64,000 bases of DNA from Patescibacteria group bacterium (lineage in GTDB: Bacteria > Patescibacteriota > CPR2 > UBA1875). The DNA is taken from NCBI GenBank assembly GCA_041737595.1, contig JBGSRK010000010.1:32001-96000 (forward strand), given 5' to 3'. This document shows, piece after piece, positions 21,644 to 31,000 of this stretch; the first letter of the stretch is position 1, and each line of letters starts with the position of its first letter. Position numbers and translations under genes: made by a program. The notes beneath the pieces are model-generated. The model ran no database searches. It was not told the origin of the DNA and saw only the letters and a program-made list of their open reading frames with translations.

Positions 21644-22657
21644 TTATAAATTTCTAACGACTAGATCTGTAAGATCTGCAAGTCGGTTAGCGTATCCCCA
21701 TTCATTATCATACCAACCGAATACTTTAAAAAAATTACCACCAATATTCTTTATTAAAAGACCGTCAAAAATAGATGAATAATTACTTCCTCTCCAATCA
21801 GTTGAAACGGTTGGATCCATAGAAACAAAAAGATAATTTTTCATTTGCCCCCTTGATGCTTTTAGCATTGCTTTTGTTATTTCTTCTGGGGTTGTTTCTT
21901 TTTCTAATTCAACAACTATGTCATTTATTGAAACCGTAGGAGTCGGAACACGGATTGCGACACCATCCATAATATCTTCTAATTCTGGGATAACTTCTTT
22001 AAGTGCTTTTGCGGCACCTGTAGTGGTCGGAATAATATTAACGGCTGCGGCCCTTGCTCTTCTTAAATCTTCATGTGGAACATCTAATATTCTTTGATCA
22101 TTAGTATAAGAATGAACCGTAGTTAAAAACCCTCTTTTGACACCAAAAGAATCAACCAAAACCTTCATAATTGGAGCAAGACCATTAGTTGTACAAGAGG
22201 CATTTGAAATAATATGATGCTCTTTTGAATTGTATTTTTCTTCATTAACTCCTAATACAATTGTTATATCATGGTTTTTAGCAGGTGCGGAAATAACTAC
22301 TTTTTTTGCACCAGCTCTAATATGTTGACCAGCGAGTTCTCCGTCAGTAAAAAAACCTGTGCATTCAAGTACTACATCAACTCCAAGTTTTTTCCATGGA
22401 AGTTTTGACGGAATTTTTTCTGCAAATGTTTTAATTTTTTTACCATTTACCTTAATACAATCCTTTCCTGGTTCTATTTTTGCTTTCCATGTACCATAAT
22501 TTGAATCAAATTTTAATAAATGCGCAAGAGTCTCATTATCTGTAAGATCATTAATTGCAACTACTTGAATTTTTTTATTATATTTTTCTGTCAAAATCTT
22601 AAATACTTGTCGACCTATTCGTCCAAAACCGTTAATTGCTACTTTTGTCATTTTCAT
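21644..22657 (-). CDS. gap: Type I glyceraldehyde-3-phosphate dehydrogenase
   Basis: INGFGRIGR, SNASCTTN, WYDNEWGY; start may be 22651. Confidence 0.97.
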   Translation of the reverse strand: MKMTKVAINGFGRIGRQVFKILTEKYNKKIQVVAINDLTDNETLAHLLKFDSNYGTWKAKIEPGKDCIKVNGKKIKTFAEKIPSKLPWKKLGVDVVLECTGFFTDGELAGQHIRAGAKKVVISAPAKNHDITIVLGVNEEKYNSKEHHIISNASCTTNGLAPIMKVLVDSFGVKRGFLTTVHSYTNDQRILDVPHEDLRRARAAAVNIIPTTTGAAKALKEVIPELEDIMDGVAIRVPTPTVSINDIVVELEKETTPEEITKAMLKASRGQMKNYLFVSMDPTVSTDWRGSNYSSIFDGLLIKNIGGNFFKVFGWYDNEWGYANRLADLTDLVVRNL

Positions 22658-22862
22658 TCCCCTTTTTCTTTTGCTTTTTTATTTTCTCTTTTGCATACTC
22701 TTTTATTTTATCAAAAAAAACTAAATTTATCCCTATAAGTTCTAAACCTACAAAAATAAGAAGCCAGCCAGGAACAATTGGGAATAAAAGACCTGCAATC
22801 CCAGCGAATATTAAAATAAATCCAGCAATTCTTTTTAAAATAAATTTTTTTTCTTCATTCAT
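22632..22862 (-). CDS. Small PGPGW-like membrane protein
   Basis: GIAGLLFPIVPGWLLIFVGL hairpin helices. Confidence 0.7.
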   Translation of the reverse strand: MNEEKKFILKRIAGFILIFAGIAGLLFPIVPGWLLIFVGLELIGINLVFFDKIKEYAKEKIKKQKKKGNENDKSSN

Positions 22863-22947
22863 ACTTCTATTATGACTGTTTTATAAAACAATTGAAATAC
22901 AAAAGAACTAGAAAAAATTAAAATTTTAGAGTAGTTTTTATAAATTA

Positions 22948-23553
22948 TTATAATATTGTTTTACCGCGTTTATTATAGCGGTCATATTCATTAAAATTTC
23001 CGCCTGGATTAACTTTTTTCAATACTTCGTGTCTAGCTTTCACTGCAATATCATTTTTAAGTACATTATCCATTTGGCTCATATGTTCTGGGTCGGAAAT
23101 AACTCCTTTTTCTTCCATGGCCATTTCTGAACTATTTATCGCAACATCTCTTGTCAATTTTCTTTGTGATGGAACTCCTCTTTTAATATATTCTATTTCT
23201 TTTTTATAAGAGTCTCTCGTAGATTCTCTACCAGTAATTACATCTTTAATTTTCTCAAATTTTGTTGTTGGTTCTTCTTCGGATGCTAGTTTTTCTTCCA
23301 ATTCGTCGATTCTTTTATTATCTTCTTCGGCCATTTTTTGAGCCATTTCTTTATCATCTACTCTCAAGTAATTTTCATCACTTTTATCAGCTACAAGTGC
23401 ATTTCTTGCTTTTTCTATTGCACTTGTTTCTAAGGATTTTAATTGCCCAGTAGTTAAATCACTTAACCCTAATATTTTTTTTCTTTCATGAAGATCTTCA
23501 GATTTATAATCTACATCTTCGTTTTCTGCTTGATCTTTTTCTAATTCAGTCAT
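22948..23553 (-). CDS. Hypothetical charged protein
   Basis: 201-aa ORF with an AAGGAG SD. Confidence 0.7.
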   Translation of the reverse strand: MTELEKDQAENEDVDYKSEDLHERKKILGLSDLTTGQLKSLETSAIEKARNALVADKSDENYLRVDDKEMAQKMAEEDNKRIDELEEKLASEEEPTTKFEKIKDVITGRESTRDSYKKEIEYIKRGVPSQRKLTRDVAINSSEMAMEEKGVISDPEHMSQMDNVLKNDIAVKARHEVLKKVNPGGNFNEYDRYNKRGKTIL

Positions 23554-23736
23554 ATAAATAACTCCTTATAAAATTTTGAACTGCCTATATAATACTCCAA
23601 TTAATATTTGTATTGCAAGGGGGGAAGGTTATTTTACGTTATTGTGAACAATAGCACGACAATCTATTTTCAACCACTCAGGGGTTCTTATACCTTGACC
23701 ACTAAAAAAGCCAGCGAGGTGCAAGCACTTCTCTGG

Positions 23737-23756
23737 CTTTTTGGCAGTCCCAAGGG
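23737..23756 (-). repeat. Duplicate of the tRNA-Glu 3' end (att-like), followed by a terminator
   Basis: CTTTTTGGCAGTCCCAAGGG identical to 23919..23938; hairpin at 23704..23742. Confidence 0.85.
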
Positions 23757-23820
23757 AACGACAAGTCGTATTCTCACCGCTATTCATAGTTATATACTAG
23801 TGAAAGCAGAGCACTTTAGC

Positions 23821-23848
23821 TGTCATTCTGAACTTGTTTCAGAATCTA
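23821..23848. repeat. REP-like palindrome TGTCATTCTGAACTTGTTTCAGAATCTA
   Basis: ATTCTGAA/TTCAGAAT stem with a GTCA foot. Confidence 0.7.
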
Positions 23849-23923
23849 TGTTTTTATCATGCAGGGCTTCTTACCCCTTGAAACTAAAAAGAGCCCGAGC
23901 GGATAAACCGTTCTGACTCTTTT

Positions 23924-23998
23924 TGGCAGTCCCAAGGGGATTCGAACCCCTGTTACTAGGATGAAAACCTAGCGTCCTAACCCCTAGACGATGGGACC
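23924..23998 (-). tRNA. tRNA-Glu(TTC)
   Basis: GGTCCCATCGTCTAG...CTAGG-TTTTCAT-CCTAG...GTTCGAATC...GGGACTGCCA. Confidence 0.95.
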
Positions 23999-24247
23999 AT
24001 AAAAATTTATGTCACGTAATAACCTTTCTCTGATCTGCCCGTGACTTTTAAGCTGTTTTTCTCTCTTTCGAGCATCTGCATAGTTTTTATACTGCTCTAG
24101 GTGTGCAATAACAAACGGTGCTCTTCCTTTAGTTGATTTATTATAACCTCTATTATGTTGATATAGTCTAGATTCAAAATTTTTTGTTATACCAATGTAG
24201 AATCCTTTGTCCCTATCACTTTTCAAGATATAAACATAACAAATCAT
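23984..24247 (-). CDS. Stand-alone GIY-YIG nuclease
   Basis: MICYVYILKS...FYIGIT...RLYQHN...STK...ARKREKQLKS; the stop codon lies inside tRNA-Glu; ATG at 24247 is 6 nt after TATAAT. Confidence 0.88.
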   Translation of the reverse strand: MICYVYILKSDRDKGFYIGITKNFESRLYQHNRGYNKSTKGRAPFVIAHLEQYKNYADARKREKQLKSHGQIRERLLRDINFYGPIV

Positions 24248-24269
24248 TATTCGATTATAAAGGTTTTTT

Positions 24270-24313
24270 GTCCTAACCTCTAGACCCTGCCTGCCGCAGG
24301 CGGGGATGGGACC
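24270..24313 (-). pseudogene. 5' fragment of tRNA-Glu interrupted by a 19-bp palindrome
   Basis: GGTCCCATC[CCCGCCTGCGGCAGGCAGG]GTCTAGAGGTTAGGAC; 24/25 identical to the tRNA 5' end once the insert is removed. Confidence 0.85.
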
Positions 24314-24326
24314 GTGGACGCCACAA

Positions 24327-24355
24327 ATTATACCATTCTTGAGCGTAAATTTCAA
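24327..24355 (-). promoter_or_regulatory. Sigma70 promoter for the tRNA-Glu locus
   Basis: TTGAAA-17 bp-TATAAT with an extended TG. Confidence 0.75.
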
Positions 24356-24473
24356 TTCTAAATTATAAAACAAATACTAAAGCTATAAAGATAGTTATTA
24401 AATCTTTTTTTATATTATTATTTGGATTAGTTATGCTCATATCCACCTTAATGAATCAGATGGTTTATTCCAT

Positions 24474-25004
24474 CTATCTCTCAAGCCACTGCTGTTTAAG
24501 ATAAACTTCAGAATCGTGATTATTTTGTAACCAATCTCGAAGTGAAAAAATATTAAGAACTACTAATGGTTTTGCCTTCATGATTTTGTTATTTAGTTTG
24601 TAATAAATTTCTTCCTTGCCACCCAGAAATCCTAAGGCTATCGACTTCTTAATATTTGAAGTTTTTTTATTAACCCCATATGCACTTAAATCTAAAGTTG
24701 GTGTTATTTTCCAAAACCTTGGCAGATTATCATATGTGAATCCTTGATCACCTATATTCCCAACCTTCTCGACTCCCAGTTCTTGCATATTCTTATTATT
24801 TAAACCAACAAAAACAGTAAAATCAGGCTTTTTTGCGAACATTTTTCTAAGTTTTTCTTCTGCTGGTCTTTTATTAAATTTTTGATTGTAACAATTCATT
24901 AATAACCCATATTTTGGTAATTTTTGATAATCGAAAACAGCCAATACATAAGTAAGTCCTAAGCTTGTTGGTATTTCTAAAATATCACCAATTTTTATGT
25001 TCAT
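24474..25004 (-). CDS. Probable immunity protein (Imm26-like)
   Basis: Directly downstream of the Rhs toxin; KIGDILEIPTSLGLTYV N-terminus. Confidence 0.65.
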   Translation of the reverse strand: MNIKIGDILEIPTSLGLTYVLAVFDYQKLPKYGLLMNCYNQKFNKRPAEEKLRKMFAKKPDFTVFVGLNNKNMQELGVEKVGNIGDQGFTYDNLPRFWKITPTLDLSAYGVNKKTSNIKKSIALGFLGGKEEIYYKLNNKIMKAKPLVVLNIFSLRDWLQNNHDSEVYLKQQWLER

Positions 25005-25032
25005 CGATTCTCCAATGATATAATATTATCTA

Positions 25033-28000
25033 TTATCTTAATAGGGCTTTCGTACCTTCATTTATGTAATGGCTATAATTAGGGTTTAGTGTAGATATCC
25101 CATTAATTTTATTTGCTAAATTAGTCAAGCCACCGTTATTATCTATTAATATCTGTTCAACGCCTCTCGCCTGAGCGTAAGTAAGATTACTATAAACTTC
25201 CTGCACGATACGACCATCAGAAGACCACTCTTTTGCCCTTCGTACTATATCAACCGTTCTCCCTACGTAGTTTATAACCCCAGCAGATTTCTCCACATAT
25301 ACCGAATAGGTCCTGTCTGCTAACCCATTAGCGGCGGTAATGGTTGTACTAGATGCCACCAAGGCTTTGGCCAATATCGTTACGGAAGCTGCTGTAATGC
25401 CAGCGCTAATAGCGCCACTAATTGCCCCGCCAATTGCACCCGCAGTACTGCCCTTACTAAAACCATTATTAAATGAGTTACCGATGCTTGACTTTTTACC
25501 ACTCGCCCTGTCGATAGCCACCTGGGTAAGACCTCCAGCAACCCCACCAGCCACATAACCGGCAAGTGCACCCGTTATTGCACCTGCAACGAATGCACCA
25601 GCAACATAACCAGCACCTGTGCCAAGCCCTCCCGTAGCTAAGCCGACCACCGCACCCACCGCAACACCAACTACCGTCCCAACAACCCCACCAACAATGG
25701 CTGCAGCATTGTTTTTCACCCAGCTAAAAAAACCTTTACCACTAGGGTCAATCCTAGTAATTGGGTTATTGGCCGTGTAAAGATATGGATTTTGATCTAG
25801 CGCAAATTCACTGGCCACCACAGGATCTTTTGAAAAGAACCGGCCCGTTTCGGGATCATACATACGAACCTTCATGAAGTACTGTGCAAGGTCAGAGTCG
25901 TACCAATAAGAAGCATATAATCTAGGGTTAAGTTCATTGAGATTTGCAGGTACGGTGTCTGATATAGTTTCCGACTTAAGAACGTTACCCCAAGAATCAT
26001 ATTCATAATTAACCACCTTAGCACCGGTGGTGTCCGTAAGCCCCAGTACATCGCCCTTAGCATTTTTTACATATTGATACGTTTTAAATGTCCCATCTGA
26101 ATTGTATATAGAGATACTGATAAGGTTTTCATTTTCATCCCAAGTATATGCCCTAATCAAATTGCCATTTAAATCAGACTCAGAAATCAGCATATCTCCG
26201 TCATAAGAGAAATTTATATAAGATTTAGTACCCGCTGTGTCGGTTTTAATACGTTGGATTCTCCGTCCAGAATTTGAATCATAAATGTACTCAATAACAA
26301 CACCAGAAGGCAAAATTGCTTTCTTGAGCTTATTTGAACTATCATATTCATAGTTGGTAATACCTGATTTACTGTTGTTGCGACTTGTAACATTCCCTGA
26401 TTTATCATAAGAAAAAGTAGCCGAATAACTATTATTTTCGTCGTTGGCCGTGTAATTATACTGAGTAAGCTTATTACCATCACCGTTCTCATCATAAGTA
26501 TAATTTATAACGCCATCAGAACCATTTCGTGTGAGTCGGTTACCGGCAATATCATAACTATAACTATATTTTTCATCTTCAGTTAATTGGTTCCTTACAT
26601 CATAGGAATAATTAAATCTTTCTTGCCTTACTTTATCAATTATCGAGGTAACGTTTGAATTGGCATCATATTCATAACCAAACGACGCCAGAACCATAGC
26701 ATTGCGATTAGTAGTTACCGTTGATATAGTACGTCCACCATTGTCATAACCAAATCTAGTTATATCACCATTTGCTTTTGTAATTTGAGTAATTTTACCT
26801 TCCGCATCTCGCAATATTTGACCACTTGCCAGTACAGCGCCATTACTATTTTGTATATTAGTCACACCAGTCACCTGGTTATTCACATCGTAAGTCAGAC
26901 TCACTGTATTTGTTGCGGAAACAGATTGAGTGATATTACCGGCTGCATCTACAGCATCTCTTGCAATACCATTAGTATTTGTTGCAATTTGAGTAGGTCT
27001 ATTAACTGGGTCATAACTTACTGAAACGGTTTCGGAACCAGATGAAACCTGGAGATCATCAAAGGAAGCATTAGTTTGATAAGTCGCAAGTTCTATTTGA
27101 CCTTCTTTAAGTCCACGCGTAAAGGTGTAATCAATAACTTTTACATTATTTACATATAGTTTTACATTTTCACCCAAAGACACAATTTTTATGTTGTACC
27201 ATGTATTTACAGCCAAAGTCCCAGTACCATTTGCGTATTGTTCTGTCTGACCAGTTATTACTGCCCCGGCACGCCATAATGAACCGATGTAGCCAATATA
27301 ATAGTTATTGGCTCCACTAGAGCGATAAAGTAATCTAAAATACGGAGCAGTGGTTGAAGAACGGCGTACTCTAAATTCAACTGTACCATTAGAAAAGTTT
27401 AGATTTCGAATAGTGCTTTTACGATAAGTAGTTATAGCAGTTGAACTATCGGTTTGATTATATGTACCGCCAGTTAGATTCCAGCTACCAGATATAGGCG
27501 CAAGTGAATCTTGGCGTGTAATATTAAAATCGTTTTTATATAACAATTTATTCACACTTGTAGTACCAGTAACTGCTGTTACATTATGATTTTTGTCATA
27601 AATATTATTTGAGCCACCCTCAGGAGTTACTGAATTTACAACAGCGCCCATCTTGTCATAAGTAGAAGTAGAGGTATTCCCCTTTTCGTCAGTAGTAGAA
27701 ACAATATTCCCATTTCTATCATAAGTTACATTTATCGTATTACCTTCTGGGTCGGTCTGTGAAATAATTTGATTTAATACATCAAAGTTATAAGTAAAAA
27801 TCTTTCCTTTTGCGTTTATCATTTTTACTTTATTCCCCACCTTGTCATATTCAAATTGAGTAGTAGCACCAGCTTCATCTGTCGCTTTTATCATACGACC
27901 CAGTAAATCATAATCCATTAATCTTGCATTGCTTTTAGGGTCAGTTGTCTTGATTACATTACCACCTACACTATATTCAGTAATAATTGTTGTTCCTAAA

Positions 28001-31000
28001 GGATCAGTAACTTTTACTGGCCGATTAAGTCCGTCATATTCAATAGTAGAAATCTTACCAAGCGTAGATATATTCTTTATAATTAGCCCAATACTGTTAT
28101 ATTCGTTAGTCATAATTTCTCCTTTAGGAGTAACAGCCGTAAGAATATCTCCCTCCGAATTATAGGTATAACGGCTTACTTGTAATTTAGGGTCAGTAAC
28201 CGAAACTATTCTGCCCATCGCATCATACCCATAAGTAGTAACCTTGGCGTTACTGTCGGTAACACTTAAAAGAAGTCTTTTACCATCTGTAGAATAAGTA
28301 TATCTTGTAATTTGACCCTTCATATCTGTAGAAGAAGTCATATCATTCCCTACATATACATAAGTAGTTTTATTACCATCAGGATAAGTTGTCTCTAATA
28401 GATTACGATTAACATCATATTTATAATTTATGGAGTAGTAATAAATATCGTTTGTAGCAAGATCAGGGAATGTTTTTGTAAGATTAAAATTTATATCATA
28501 AACATATTTTTCACGATAATTTTTAGCATTTGTCATCGTAGACAACATATTTGCACTATCAAACCCCAATTTAGTCACTCGACCAAGAGGGTCAGTAATA
28601 GTTGTTAATCTATCGACATATGTAATATTTGTTGCATTTCCGAGAGCATCCGTAATTGCATTAACTTTGTCCCCAGTATATGTTATCGAAGTAACAGCAC
28701 CAGCTTTATCCCTAAATCTTTCTAATTTACTTGTTTCAATATATGAATATTCATAATAATTATCTTGACCATCAAACACTTTAGATAACACTCCATTTGC
28801 ATCATATTCGTAACGAACCGCTTGATTTGCATTATTATTAACCTTTATTAGGCGACTGGCGGCATTATACTCAAACGCAAGTGACCGATTCTGATTAATT
28901 ATACGTGAACAAAGACCATTAACATATTCATAACTTAAAGTATTACCTAATAAATTCGTTTTACGACTTATTTTCCCATCGGTACCAAAATAGCTTTTGT
29001 TACCAGATTTATCTAAAAGATAATATGTTCCATCCAAATTTTTAGTTAGAGATACAGTTATTCCTGCTGGTTTCTTATAGGTACCATCAGTATTTTTTGT
29101 ATATACATTAATATTTCCTGATCCATTTTTGTAATAGATATTTTCAGGATCAGATATATACAACCTCTCCTCAAAACTAGCACTCCAACCACTCCCTAAT
29201 ACACCTTGATCTTTCCAAATTTCAGGGTTATAAGTACTATATATAAGCCCACTTAATGGTTGAGCAGATGTATTTGTAAATCTCGCCGACATCTGCCAGC
29301 TGGCGGAGCCTTGAGAAACCTTTAAGGTAAGTGAGTTCCAGCCCTGTCGCAAATTTGCAGATACTATGTCACTATCAAGAGTTAGTGTTCTAGTAATTTC
29401 TCGAGAAATAAGAACTGTTCCATTTAACCAAGCCTTAATCCCATCATCAGAACCTAATCTTAATTGTACTGTCTGATCTGACGGTGAATAGACATAAACA
29501 TGAGCGTAGGCAGAAACATTAGTGGCCGTATCTACTTGGAAATTTGATAAACGGTGAAAAACCTGATTAAGTCTAACTTGAGTAGTCTCTGTTTCTGTTT
29601 CGGGGGCCCATAGATTATTACTTCCAGTCATACCTGGGCTTGGTTTCATAGTAGCTTCACCAGGTATAAATGCTTTAGTCAGCCTACTAGCAACCACTGC
29701 TTCTTTATATGGACCATTAAAAAGCCATGTCTTTATATACCCATTTGCATCTTGATTAAAAGTCTTATTAGAAAGCTGATTTGAATCATAGCTTCTGCTA
29801 AATGAAACACCACCAATACTTGAAGGTACTGACATATCAGTAGAACTATAAGAAATTCCACCCGTTACAGCATCAACTGGCCCTACTTTAGAATAAATCG
29901 AGTCAGACCCAATATGAGTTATAGAAGAAAATGATGGAGCACTTACCGTAACGGTTTTGAGACCCTTAACTACACCTTGATCAGAAAACCAAGTAATACC
30001 TGGCTGTATCATATCCCATTGAAGAGTATATGACCCAGCAATAGTTGGCACCTTCACTTTTGCTAAAACCGTTGTTATCCCACCCTTAGCAGCCACATTT
30101 GCTGGTATATCTGTCTGTAGCCCTGATTTTAAGACGGCACCGGTAGTATTATTAACCCAGTGATAACTAACCTTAGTTTGGCTAGATAACCAAACATTTC
30201 TACCCGTGTTTACAACTGTAATTGGAACTTCCGTCGTTGTACCTGCAAACATGGACGGTACATCAGTAGGATAATAAGTAGCATTATAATCATTATAACT
30301 AACGGTTAATTTAGGATAACTATTACTGTAGTCAGGGTTATTCTTGGAAACCCAGGTGCGATAGCCCCAAGTACCTTCTGCGGTAGAGGCAAAACCAATA
30401 GAACCAATCCAAGATCCCGTGCTATTTCCACCTTCATACCAATGTCTCACTAGACTCGATACATCTTGATGGTACCAACCATATGGGTTTGCTTGTGAAG
30501 CAGACCCCCAACTATTAAGAAAAGCTGGTTTATTATTCCAATAAACATTAGTGGGGTTATAAGAAGCAGTTGTATAAGCAGTTACACTACTTGTAGGACA
30601 AACTCCATTACAGTTACCATATTGGTAAACATCAAAAGCAGCACTTAAAATTCGAGCACCAGAAAGGTCAGGTAAAGTAAACTTTGTTTCGGTTCTCATA
30701 ATCCCTTTTGTTGAACCAGTCCCTACATATAATGCACGTTGATCCCACGATGTTGTTGTAGGATAACCACTTTGGACATAAGAATCCTCGGTTACATATT
30801 GAGTAATTGTAGGATCAATATAAATTGGGAATACACGCTCAGGTGCACTAAGCCACCTTAAGTCAGGTTTTACTGTTAAACGATAACCACCAGTAATAGT
30901 GCTTAAAACAGTGGGTACATTATAATTATATGAATTCTGTTCATTATCTTTACCACCTTTCGAATCCCACATTAAAAAACGTGGGATACGAAATATTTCA

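Noticed and set aside
23608-23916. 102-aa plus-strand ORF
   Set aside because: It runs through terminators, the att-like repeat and a REP hairpin, has no SD and shows no recognisable motif
24248-24373. N-terminal extension of the GIY-YIG ORF in the track (includes PACGRQG)
   Set aside because: It translates the promoter, tRNA fragment and palindrome; the domain begins at ATG 24247
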